From the NCBI GenBank assembly GCA_965603825.1, contig CBFDEM010000020.1:372001-436000 (forward strand): 64,000 nt of DNA, written 5' to 3'. Below the pieces are notes generated by a model, which was not told the origin of the DNA, made no database searches, and was given only the letters and a program-made list of their open reading frames with translations. A program made the position numbers and the translations under genes. Every line of letters begins with the position of its first letter. The stretch's first letter is position 1. Origin of the DNA: Blepharisma stoltei ATCC 30299 (Eukaryota > Protista > Ciliophora). This document shows positions 50,160-62,686 of this stretch, in pieces.

Positions 50160-50894
50160 ATGAGCCAAGCCCAAAGTTCTAGCCAGCAAATTTTAAGCCT
50201 AATTTCTAAGGTAAAACCAAAGTAGCTTAGTGGCTCTCAAGCACCCATTATGGTAGCAGCAATCCTGCAACAAATACACAGGATATTTTTGCAATTATCC
50301 CCATCGTAGCTACCATATAGAGATGTCCCTCAAGTTGTTTCATCTATTTATTCAGCCTCTTTTACCTGCCAACTCCTTGATTTTGTCCAATCTGGCGAAG
50401 CATTTGCATATTTTGGACTAAGAATTTTAGATCATATGTGTATGCATTCAGAAATCAGGCAAAAACTCTGTAAAAGTTATTTAGTAAGCTTTGGGCTTGT
50501 CAATATTAGTCTTGGCCTTTTAAGATCTGGAGATTATGACACTATTTTGGCTGCTTTATCACTTCTGACTTCGCTACTCACTGTCAAAGAAATCTCTGAA
50601 TTTATTGAATATAATGGAATCCGCATGATTTCCAAGCTTTTACAGCAAAAAGAAGTGGAGTATATTTACTTTATATTACAGCTAATTGATTTAATATTAA
50701 ATTCATCAAGAGAAAACAGGAATCAAATTTTGCATATTGGGCTTGCTGATGCGCTGAAATATAATATTAAAAATAACGCAGAACTACAAAAATGTCCAAG
50801 ACTGTTTGGCCAAGCCAAGCGCATAAAAGACGAAATTGAAGTTTTCGAAAGTGTCGTGGCAAATATGAACGCATCTTATTTATTATCTGGGTAA
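50160..50894 (+). CDS. ARM/HEAT-like helical protein (~234 aa)
   Basis: ATG 50160 reaches ORF 50436-50894 through introns 50211-50225 and 50306-50320; Leu-rich helical repeats. Confidence 0.65.
50211..50225 (+). other. 15-nt intron (ARM-like gene)
   Basis: GTAAAACCAAAGTAG. Confidence 0.75.
50306..50320 (+). other. 15-nt intron (ARM-like gene)
   Basis: GTAGCTACCATATAG. Confidence 0.75.
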
Positions 50895-50895
50895 T

Positions 50896-53800
50896 TTAAA
50901 ATTCATAATCTTCAAGTTTTAGTGGCCTTGCATAATAAGTGTTCACACATCGGTTTGTTGGTGCGTGGGTAAACATTTTGTTAAAATAAAAATCGAACCT
51001 GTCCGACTGAATATTTTCCAGCAATTTTTTTGACTCTTCAGAGATGTTAATTTTTCCTTGATACCCATTGATTTCTGTAATAAAAGCTATGTCTACGTCA
51101 GAGCCATAGATATCGTATTTAATCATATTAGTTCCTGTTATCCCTGCAATGACATCGCCTGTGTGAATTCCGATCCTTAAGCTGAAATTAACTCCTTTAT
51201 CTCTATTTATTCTTTTGACGTTTTTTATCATGTCTAGTGCCATATTCATAGTATTTTCGCATTCAACTTCAGGCTTTCTTTTTTTCCCTGGCTCTATTTC
51301 AGTAAAGCTCAAAACAACATAGCTGTCTCCTATCGTATGAATTTTATATACATCATGAATCGTGCACAGGGTATCAAAAGATGAGAATAATTTAGATAAA
51401 AGATTGACAGCTTCTATAGGTTTTCTATTTGAAGACCATTGAGTAAATCCACAAATATCAGCAAAAAGAATTGTCACGTTTGAAAATTTGTCAGTTGTTG
51501 TTATCCCATCCTCGAGGTTCTTAATCACGCTTGGAGGCATCATTTGATATAGAAGCTTATCAGTATTCTCAATTTCTCTTTGTGCGAGCTTGTTTAAGTT
51601 ATAGGTTTTTCTATCATAGTGTTCTTTCATCAAGCTAACTACAGTATTAATCATGATAAAAACAAAAACAAAAAATATTGTTTCTATATATGTAGATGAA
51701 TGATAGCCTTTTAAGATTACTGCAGTCCAGCTTATTACATTTGAAATCGAAGCTATTAAAATATGTCCAAACGGCAGCCCGCCTATATAATTTATCACAA
51801 GATTTAAGTACATGACTTCTAATACCACCACATATATAAAAGTTTCACTTACAAAAGAAACCAAGCTTATACTTGACATACTAGCACAAAGAAAAATCAG
51901 CATGAAAACCCACGGATATAAATAATTTGTATATATTCTTGCCAGAAATATGGCCAGTATGATCATCATGAACAGGCAGAAACCCCTGACTCCTATAAGG
52001 AAATATGTCCCATATTGATCATCAGCTAATCGATTTCCAATAATAAAAATCACAGTTAGTATTGCATAAATTGCAATGGTCATTCAAAGCCCACACAATA
52101 AAGTGAACATATCTCTCTCTATTGTCTTCACACGATATTCATACTGTGGTGGCAATTCCTGCAAATTGCATGTTAGCCATTGAACAGGCCCAACCAATAG
52201 CACTTTTTCGTCCTCATCCCCAAATGCTGCTTTATCAAGCTTATCAATTTCAAATGAAGATACTGACTTGGTCATTGTTTTTGTAAGAGAAAAATCTGCA
52301 TCTATAAGCGGAGCTTTTGAGGTATTCAATTCACTGTCTGAAGGTAAAGGCTGCTGCTGACTGAATTTCGAGTCAGGAATATCGTTAAATGTTGTGAATT
52401 TTCGCTGCCTTGAAGGCCTGATTTTTAAGTCCTTGACAAAGTATGAATTCACATAGCCTTTTCCCTTAATTTCTACTTGGTCTGGAATGAAGTCCCACGA
52501 TTCATCATGAACAAGCTCATATGTAGATGAAGAAATTCGTATCATATCAGGGTTTTCAATTGATGTGCACATTCCAGACGCAATTTTGGTGGTTTCTCCG
52601 ATTAGAGTAAATTGCGGCTTTTGGTCTCCAACAACTCCAGCGATAATATGCCCAGTATTGATTCCGATTTTTATATGAAATTTTACACCAGTTTTTAAAT
52701 ACACTGGCTCCATTTTTTTGAGAATATGTTGAGCTAATTCTATAACTCTAACTGGATGGTTTTTTGCCAAGATGGATTTTTCCAGGTTTTCTTCAGCATC
52801 CTTTAGTCCTCCACAAGCCATATACGTTTTATTTACAGTCTCTATTTTGGTTACAGCATGCTTTTGGCACAGTCTGTCACATATTCCAAAAAATTTGTCA
52901 AGCAAGTCAATAATTTCACTAGGTGTATGTGTTTCACAAATACTATCAAAATCACAAATTTCACAAAATAAGATAGTCACTGAGCTTTGGTCTTCAGAAA
53001 TGTAGCGGATTCCTTGCTTAACGCGGTCTCTTACGAATTTCGGAAGAAGATCTCCAAGGACATTTTGGCCTTTTTGGAACTCGAATTCCAGTTTTTTCTT
53101 TAAAATGTACTCAATCCGTATATTTTTTTCAATAGAATATCCTACAAATCCACTTATAATTGCAATTCCAAAAGCCAAAGTAATATAGTTCAGGCCAATA
53201 ATAACAACGCTCACCCTTGATATTTTGCCAGAATAATAGACCACAACCCTTATCAGATAAATCACAATATAAATGACATTAAAAAAAATCAGCTTATAAG
53301 TGCTCACATAGAATATGACAAATGTAAGCAACGGGACAAAAGCAGTGCTCATGGCTCCATCATTGTTTTGGATAATTTCTACGATAGTTTTTATGATCAT
53401 TGCTGAAATGATAATAAGCATCACCACTTTTTCATAGTGTCGTATAAAATGTGAAGAAAATGCGAAAACGACGACTCCTAGTAAGACTACCATGATGATT
53501 ATTCTTACGCCCATGATACCGACTTTTTGATCACCTCTTAATAAATCAATTACAGACCATACTAAGACTGCGCCAAAAATTAAGATAAGCATGAGGCGGA
53601 TAAACTTGATAATTCTATCAGTACGAAATCGCTTATAGTGCCTTTCTGCGAATTGATTATTGAACTCCAGGGTCCACTTATTCCAAGAATAGTCATCTTT
53701 ATCATTTAGCTGCTCATTATTCATTTTCAGCCCTTTTGCGTTAAAAATGGTATTTATTTTTGAAGAGTATTCCAACGCTCTTGCAGAAATATAGTCCTTA

Positions 53801-56800
53801 CTCCTTTGAGTGACATAACTTCTTTCAGGGTGGACAAGATTTATTTGAGCGTTCAAAAGAGTTTCATTATTGGAAGGAAATCAAAGAGACTTTATAAATT
53901 TGCCTGCGAAAATCAAAATAAAGCAAGCAACGCCTATTAAAAATAGGCAGATAATATAGATAGGGGTCATAAAGATTTCAGTAGAAATTCCTATCATCTG
54001 AGTAGTTGGGAATTTAGAAAAGTCGTAGATAAATATAAATGGGAAAAAAATAAATAAGCTAATGATGGTTATAATGATAAATAGTAAGTTTCAACTTTTC
54101 ATTTCTAAAAGAATTGTGGCTGTGGCTGTTTGCACGACGGAATAAAATGCGATTGTGCCGATTATCATGATGTCTTCAGTGTATCCTTTATCTGATATAG
54201 TTCCAGTTATCCCAAACGTCAAGAGAATGTAGATTGTCAATGTTTGGCATATAGCTAAAAACGCTCAGTTAACGAATAATTTTGCGTTGAACATTTTTGA
54301 ATAAATTCCATCTTTATAAAGCTGGGGATATTTCAGTATCAAATTTGAGTCATAATCTTTATCTAAAACTCCTAGCACCATTATTGGGATTGAAGTCAAT
54401 GCAACGTTATATGACAAAATTAGCCAAGAATCGTATCATGCAGTTCCTGAGTATAGATTTATAAAACTAAAGTAAAATTGAGGAATCACAAGCAAAAAGT
54501 TCTTATAAAAAGAATAAAGAATTACCCTTGTGATTCTTCGGTAGTTTCATCGTCCATGCAAAAATAAAAGTGGAATTAAATATCTAAATCTTGCAATGGC
54601 ATAATCACTCGAGTTTACAGCTTGAAGCCCTTCAACCCCACTAACTCCTATTCCAACATGAGCTTCCTGTATCATTGGCACGTCATTAGCCCCGTCTCCT
54701 ATGCTCATAGTGATTGGCTTAAAATCAAAATGATTTTTCACCAGCTTTACAACCTCTGATTTTTGTAGTGGAGAGACTCTGCAGCAAATGACAGCGCGAC
54801 ATAAAAATGAAAGAGTGCTGAAATATTTCAAACATTTAAGGTCAGATAATATAAACTGTAATGATGTTCCATCTATAACGAGCCCCAAGTTTATGTTCTT
54901 TATTTCTATAGGAAATTCAAAGCCATCATCGATCATATGGCTTACACTTAAGCTTGAAGAAGAATTCATTGAATTCGGCCTGATATTATTGAGCCTCACA
55001 AAAGCTTTTGGGGGCTCAAATTTTCTTTGAATAATAACGTTTCTCGATAAAGCTTTCCTCAGCATATCTCTTGCAGTTTCTGTACTCGTTGCATTAATAG
55101 TGATAATTGTCATGTCTTTTTTCAGTAATTTGCAAGAATAGCCGATATTAATCGCAGTCTCTTGTTTATCCCCAGTAAGTACCCACACTTTAATCCCAGC
55201 TTCCATAAGAGTCGCAATGGTCTCTGGCACTCCACTTTGTATTTTGTCTTCTATTGCTGTGACTCCTAGATATTCCATATCAACTTCAAATTCTTCAGCC
55301 ACTTCATCAAGCCTTTTCGTCCTATCCGACATTGCATTTCTAGCTGAATTTCATTTTTTTTCAAAATCTTCAGCTTGCTCTTTACTTAAAATTTTTCTAG
55401 CTAGGACCAAAGTTCTCAGCCCTTCTACAGCAAACTCATATAAATGTCGCTTGACGTCTTCTTTTTCATCATCAGAAAGTTTTAGTTTCGCAAGCATAAT
55501 ATCATCTGCACCTTTACAATATATAATAGGCGGCTTTGTGGTGTCAGATAAGGGCTCCAATACAATAGACATCCTTTTTCGGAATGAATTGAACTCATTT
55601 ATCCCAATTATGCGGAATTCTTCTACAACTCCGTCCGCACTGAAGCTGCAAACTCCAAGCTTGTTGCTGATAAAAGAATATCCCATTGCATGTGCCGCGA
55701 TCACGAGGGCTTCTTCATCTGGAGATGAAGCTTGATAGTTTATGCTCCCATCTTCTAGCTCTTCTGATATTACTGTGTGGCATAGTGCAATGCATTCTAA
55801 AAAATTATGGATCTCATCATGGTAATAGCCTCTTAAATCAGCTAGAAGAATAGGGTCATAAAATTTAAACTTTGGATGAGGATTGACACACACATTACCT
55901 GAACCTCCTCTTGATTCTTCTTTATAACCATATAATCGACCTTTAATAGCACATCGTTTGAACTCCATTTGGTTTTCAGTTAAAGTTCCTGTTTTATCAG
56001 AAAAAATATACTCGATCTGTCCCAAACTTTCATTTAGATCGCCTGTTTTGGCAATTGCAGGTCTGTCTAAAGGCTCATAGTACATCCTCAAGTCCCATTG
56101 AATGTGTTTGGCTTGGATTACTCTCACAATATCCATAGAAACATAAAGGGAAATAGGAACTAAGCTGTTATAAAGGATCAAAAAAGTTATGATGCCAAGA
56201 ATTGAGCTATCCTTTGTACTTCCTCCAAAATACTTGACGGTGCTTGTTTCTGTGTAGGCATAGAGCACTGAAATGATTGTACTTAGAGCAGCAAATGCAA
56301 AAAGCATAGTAAAAACAATTATTAAATATTTATTCACACGCTTTTCAACATTGCTTCGTTTTTGTATTGCAGAATGAGAATTTATCATAAGCTTTGTATC
56401 AACTCCTGTAAAAACTACGATCCCAAATACCCATTTTGTGTTTTTTATTGTGCTTCCTCTCAAAATCACGCTATTTTGGTCAATGCTAATTGCCTTTGGA
56501 AATTCACTAAGGGTTAAAGACCCTTCATATTTGTAAAGCCTATTGTTTGGGTGCTCACTTTTCAGCACTCCATTATCAAATCTCTGTATAAGCTGTGTCC
56601 AGTTTTGATTTTCTTGCTCCAGCCATGGAGCAGTTTCATGTAAAGCTTCTTTGGGCTTCAAATTATTTTCACCATCAAGGCTTGAAGTTTCTATATAGCA
56701 AACGCCATCAGAGTTGCTTGCAAGTAAAATTACAAAGTCTGCAGGTGCTGGATCTCCATTTTGTAGATATACATAATTCCCAACCTCTATGTTCATTCAC

Positions 56801-57183
56801 ATTTCTGTATCAAATTTATTTTCTGAGTCTTTTCATATTTTTGTGCTTCGAAAGTTAATCTCTTTGTCACTTTGATGGCGCTGATAGTCATTATAAGCAT
56901 CTTTTACTAAAGTAACAAAAATCACAAGTGAAAGAGGCGCAATAGTTGCTCAAGAAGATGTAGGAGATAAATTTAAAGGGAGAAGTTGGAATATCGATAC
57001 TATGAGAAATCATATGTTAGCGATCCTATGAAATTGCTCAAAAATATTTTTTGGGACGAGAGATAGTAGAGTATATTTCCCAGTGCTGATATAATTGTTA
57101 GGATAGATATGGTGCTCACTTGGCAAGCCACGGTTTATTTTTATTTCACGGAACTCTTGGGCTTTAAATTTTTTATCTCCCAT
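50896..57183 (-). CDS. P4-type ATPase (flippase) fused to a two-domain class III guanylyl cyclase (~2095 aa)
   Basis: One intronless frame via TGA=Trp. ATPase motifs [60 protein letters not shown]; then TM block, cyclase C1 ([10 protein letters not shown]), TM block, cyclase C2 ([18 protein letters not shown]). Confidence 0.92.
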
Positions 57184-57392
57184 TTTGGAATTTTTCTTAG
57201 GTTTATCTTTACTGAATAATGTTTAATAACTACTCATTAATTCCTTAATTGCTAAATTTGCTTTTAATTAATATACTTTATAATAAAGCACTTTTATGTA
57301 AAAGATCAATTTGCAAAACTTTTATAATTTATTTGCTCTTATCTATCTTAATTCTGATTTATTTACTATGGCAAACTAAGTAAGAAAAATAA

Positions 57393-58505
57393 ATGATTCT
57401 CCTAGTTTTTCTATCAAAATTAGCATTTATCAACAGTTTAACGTGCGACACATACCAATGCCAAACATCAAACCAAAAATTTTATAAAAATCAATGCATT
57501 TACTGAGATGAAAAATCAAGTGCTTATTATATCCAGCTCTGTGGCGAAGTAGAGACTCCTTATTGTCCTCCTTCATATTCACCTAACAGCACAAACGCCA
57601 CATGTGCTCAATATCAGCCAGCAAGCTCAGGCATCTATCCAGGTGAAAAATGTATATCAAAAGAAGAATGTCTGCATTCAGCTCAAGGCTGTGTTGATGG
57701 AGTCTGCCGAGGAATTAAAGAGAACGGAAGCTGCACTTCAACCTGGGACTGTGACATAGGTCTTTATTGTAATTCTTCTAGCATTTGCACAAAGCAAATA
57801 TCTGATGGATCAAAAGGATGCAAATCAGAATTTGATTGTCAAAATTGGCTAGGCTGTGATATCGGTGCAGGAAGCCATGCAACTGCTGGAACTTGCCGGC
57901 CTTATTATAGTATTTTACCACATGAAAATGTAAAATCGTGCAGTGAAGAAAATCTGAATCCTTTATGTTCTTCCACTATGTGTGGGGTTAGCGAAACAGA
58001 TGAACAAATTTATTGTACAGACAAGCTATCGTCATCTAATAAGAAGCTTCCAGTGCTTTGTGAGTCAGATTCATCGTGCACATCGATTACGGAAGATTTC
58101 TTCAAAAAAAGTTTCACAAAAAATTGTACATGTGGAGAAAATTCGTTGGGTGAAGCCTTTTGTAATTTATTTCCCAACGATAAACCATTCGAAGATTACA
58201 TTTCTATACATTCAAAGTGATATCACAGTGAAGCTATCAAACAATGCCATACAATGAGAAGAAATGCATGGAATTGCATTACTGACTGATGGAGCACAAA
58301 TGAGGCTACCACCTTAATATATTATCAGCTTAAAGTAGAAAGATGGCCTTATATACAAAAAAATGATATGTGTGTAAGCGCTATTTATGAAGTGGAATAT
58401 AATTTTTGGAAGCAAGCTTATGAGAGAATGATTGATAACGATGACGAAGATGACGATTTAGCTATGAGCTTAATTGCTGCTGCTAACATCTTTCTATATT
58501 TGTAA
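57393..58505 (+). CDS. Cys-rich secreted/surface protein, probably GPI-anchored (~370 aa)
   Basis: Hydrophobic N-terminus, many CxxxxxC and CxxGxYC modules, acidic spacer and hydrophobic C-terminus (LAMSLIAAANIFLYL); three TGA=Trp. Confidence 0.8.
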
Positions 58506-58660
58506 TTAAATACTACTTTGTGTAATTTAGTTTGGTTGATATTTAAGATAATTATAAAACTAAGACAATGTTAACTAAAATTATTGAATTGCCTATTTTT
58601 TTAAAATTAATATAGAAAATGGCATCGGGCAAGATTAGGAAATAATTCTTTTATATAAAA

Positions 58661-59413
58661 ATGAAAAGAGGAAATAGTCGGCCTATAAATAATATCCAAA
58701 GAGGCAAAGCAGTTGCAAAACCAACAGCCAAAGTGGCATTTCCTAAAAAAGTTACAATGGTGGGCGCTTATGAAAACCTAGCGAGCCTTATAAATGAATA
58801 TGAAAATATTAATGATCCTCTAATTGGTTTTTCCCAGCCACAGATATATCAGAAACTATATGATGCAATTATTAAGAGAGACCTGGAGCTACTAAGGTCA
58901 TATATAAATTTCCACAAGGAAGAAATAGTTCAAGCGTTTCTTAAAACTGAGCCTAAATCATTGTTTCATCTTGCAATAAAATCAGGGGTTATAGAAATGG
59001 TTGAGTCTATACTTAGGCTAAATATTCCAGTAAATATTTTGAATAAAAACTTAAAAACAGCCATGCATAAGGCTTGAAAGAATTTAAATATTGTAAAGTT
59101 GCTTATACAGCATAATGCTGATATCAATCCGAGAGACAAGAAGGGAAAGGTTCCATTGCACTATGCAATTTTATCTTTAAGCGGAGACGAACTAGCAGAG
59201 CTAGTTGCACTTGGATTTGATTTGCATATAAAAGATAATGATGGAAATATGCCAATTGATTTAATTCAAAATCAAGATTTAAAGGCATTTTTGCTTAATA
59301 AATATTTTTGGCAAAAAAGCAAAGGGTTACTGTTTGTCTCAAAATTCAGGCCAAATTTTTTTGTTGGAACTCTCAATATTAATCTCAGAAGGGAAATTCT
59401 TGATTATTTATAA
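58661..59413 (+). CDS. Ankyrin repeat protein (~250 aa)
   Basis: SLFHLAI, TAMHKA, LLIQHNADINPRDKKGKVPLHYA, KDNDGNMPIDL; TGA=Trp at 59075. Confidence 0.85.
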
Positions 59414-59446
59414 AATAATTCTTTTGATTATTAATTAAATTTATTC

Positions 59447-60847
59447 ATGAGTGGGTTTTACAGTAGAGGCAAAAAATCCCAAAATGAGCAAAAGGAAAAA
59501 GAAGAGCAGCAGCGATTTGAACAGCAAATGAAAGAGCAAGAAAACAATAAAAAGGAGATAATCAAAGAAACAAATAAGATAAGAATGTAAGGAATAGATA
59601 GTTCTAAACAAACACAAGAAGAAAAGAAAAAACAAGAAGCAATGAAATTAGAAGAAGAAAAGCAAAGGAAAATTAAGGAAAATAGAGAAAAATATACAAA
59701 TTTTGTAAGAGGAAAACGACACGAAAAATCAAAATCAAGTGAAGAGATAAAGGAAAATGAAAATAAAGAGAAGGCGAACGAGGAAAAAAGAGAAAACAGC
59801 GTCGTAGAAGACATAGAAAAGTATGAAAATGCAGAGATACCTGAAGAAATTTTGCCAGAAGACTCTCCTATTAAAGAGGTAGAAATTGAAAAAATCCAAA
59901 AATCAGTTGATAAGGAAATTTCAAAAAATGAGGATGATTTACCTCCAGTCAGAATAAAGAAAAAACTCATAAGGCCTGGAAGCAAAGAAAATGCGATACC
60001 TATGAAAACGATGGAGGTTATAGTAGACTCAGAACCTGTTAGAGTCCAAACACCACCGTTTCACAATCTTAATGAAATAAACCCTATGATTAACGAAAAG
60101 CCAAGACCTATCAAAAAGCGCCCAACATTTAACCCAAAGCCTCGACCAAACGAAACTAAAGAAAAAAATGTAAGTCCTCCTAAATCTGAAATTAAAAAAA
60201 ATATAGAAAAAGTCCCAGACATCAGCACTATTCAAAACCAAGAAGATGAAATTGAAGCAGCATTAATGATGCTTAATATAAAAGCTATAAAACAAAAAGC
60301 TCTCTCTGGCATAGAAGCAATAGATGAAGAAGCCAAGCTTCTTGAAGAATCTTTAGCGCTCGTAAACATCACACCAATTCCTCCTGAAATTTCACAAGAA
60401 GTCTCTTCACAAATAATCCACCCTGCCCCAATAGCTAAACTTATTGAAGAGCCAAAGCGAGAACCTTCAGTAGAAACTAAGATAACAGAGGATCAAAGAT
60501 CTGCATTTAGTGCATTTCCAATCCGTGGAAATATATCAGATGGGCAATCAATGATTTCTACTATAAGAAATGAAAAAAAATGAAATTCCAGACAAGTGTC
60601 AGTGGATAGAGAGCCAGTAAAAAAAATTGGTTCGGTTTATAACGAAATTGCTGCAAGGAGTGGAAGATATGGGAAAGATAACCCTCCGCCTAAATATGCG
60701 ATGCGCAAAAAAAGGGAAAGAGAGCCAATTTCGCTAAGGAAAATCCCAAAGCCTAGTAAGTATAATCTTGATGTGGTAAAAATAAATCCAAAAGTCGATA
60801 TAAAACAACTCTTCCATGAAGAAGATCTCCCAGAATGGGCTAAATAG
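59447..60847 (+). CDS. Charged low-complexity/coiled-coil protein (~461 aa)
   Basis: ATG 59447, intron 59587-59601, TGA=Trp at 60581, TAG 60845-60847. Confidence 0.7.
59587..59601 (+). other. 15-nt intron
   Basis: GTAAGGAATAGATAG; removes in-frame TAA and TAG. Confidence 0.8.
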
Positions 60848-61130
60848 TGTAGTTTAAATGAAAATATTATGCTGACTTATTATTTCTTTCAATAATTCTA
60901 AATCCTCAAAAATTTAACAGTGAAATATCATAAAAATATTATCTCAATTATTCTAATTTAGAGAGTTTACAAAAAAGAATGCATTATTTTTAATAGCTAA
61001 AAGCTTGACTTAATTCATTTAAATTATTATTCCCTGATGAGTAAATGCCTAAAGCTATTATATCAATAATTATTTGCCATGAAAAGCGCATAAATGCTTG
61101 ATAATAAGAAGAATAGTCTTAAAATTTAAA

Positions 61131-61838
61131 TTAATCCACTACCTTTGATATAATCAATCCACACTCAATACTAATCATACTCAAAGCATCAATAGCCTCA
61201 TTAAAAATTTTATCGATGTTTTCTCTGTGCAGAGCTATTTTTTGACTTGAAATGTTTGATATTGGGATATCATTTTTCGGAACATTACATTTTCATATGC
61301 AACTTATATTTGTAGCTGCTTGCAAATATTCTTTAGCTTTAGCCTTTGAGTCTTCTTCTCCCACTGGATTTGGTTGTGTAGATAAATCCATGAATTGAGT
61401 GCTTGTTTCTTCAACAATTTGAGTAAGTGCTGGCTTCAATGCTTCTTCAGCTTCTTCTACTGTTTTTTGACGATTTTTTGCTGTGTTTGCTTTATCAGTC
61501 CCCTGCTTAAGTAAAGTTTTGTCTTGCGGTCTTATAAAATCTTTGAAATAAGCACTTTGCCCAAGCTCATGATTATTTGACAGAGAATTTAGATATATTT
61601 CAAGGCTTCTCTTTCGTGTTTCTATAAATTCTTTATTTTTGTTCCCAAATATTTTTTTAGGTGGAAATTTCGGGACTTGGCTCGAAAAATGCTTTAAATT
61701 TTGGTGTAAATGCCGTATTTGTGAGTATCTTCTTTTAAAGCTCCATCGTTCTCCTGACACATTGTCTGTGATGATAAGGATGTATTCTATATGTCCTTTC
61801 GCTAAAGAATATTCGCCAATTACTATTGATAAAGACAT
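61131..61838 (-). CDS. PX-domain protein (~235 aa)
   Basis: WSFKRRYSQIRHLH, PKFPPKKIFGN...FIETRKRSLEIYL; TGA=Trp at 61293; TAA 61131-61133. Confidence 0.88.
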
Positions 61839-61850
61839 TAATTATAAAGA

Positions 61851-62585
61851 CTATTTAATTCTTATAACTGTTGAAATTGGGAAATGATCACTTGGGAATA
61901 AAGAGCCTCTTCCAATGTTTGTCACTACATCTGCTTTAATGCATTCAAGATTCCCTCTGATAAAAACATAATCAAATGCCCCATATCTATCAATATCAGC
62001 CCATGGCCCGTATAGTCCTGTAGGAAATGTTAGTACTGGCTCTTCTCCATTGCACTGCTTAAAAGCTGATTTAAAATATTTCGTCATCAGCTTATAAGGC
62101 TCTGAATTTGGAATAAAATTAAAATCTCCTACTAGTATGATGTTCGAAAATAAAATAGGATTTATCCATTCTATCAATTCCTGAACTTGCGCCAGCCTTG
62201 TCTCATCAGACAAATGATCTAAATGAGTATTAATAAACCAAATATCTTGAGAGCCTAATGAGCATTTGAACCTTTGGGCAACCCTAAGTCTTGAATTGTA
62301 AGTAAAAACAGCTTCGTCAAGGATAGGAAACTGAGATTTTATTAAGGTCGCATTTCCATCAATGCGGAATTCAGGCTCTGCTTTAGTCATCGGAGATGGC
62401 AGTTGAGAAAGTTTAAGAGTGTAATGAGGTAGTGCAAGGATATCACGATTTCCTTGAAAGTTAATTTCTTGAAGGCCAAGGAAGTCACAATTCATATCAC
62501 CTATGGCACGGGAGACTAAGTGCTTTCTCTCATGATATCTGCAGCTGGTGTTCAAAATATTAAAGCTCCCGACTTTTATTTCCAT
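61851..62585 (-). CDS. Endonuclease/exonuclease/phosphatase (EEP) family protein
   Basis: SFNIL, GLQEI, NTHLD, GDFN, FDYVF, SDHFP. Confidence 0.9.
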   Translation of the reverse strand: MEIKVGSFNILNTSCRYHERKHLVSRAIGDMNCDFLGLQEINFQGNRDILALPHYTLKLSQLPSPMTKAEPEFRIDGNATLIKSQFPILDEAVFTYNSRLRVAQRFKCSLGSQDIWFINTHLDHLSDETRLAQVQELIEWINPILFSNIILVGDFNFIPNSEPYKLMTKYFKSAFKQCNGEEPVLTFPTGLYGPWADIDRYGAFDYVFIRGNLECIKADVVTNIGRGSLFPSDHFPISTVIRIK

Positions 62586-62686
62586 ATTATCTGAAACTAA
62601 CCTTCAGTAAATTTAAATTTCATTTATTTTAAGTAAGTCATTAATTTTTGTGATAAAATTAGATTACGTCAGAAATATGCTACCAT

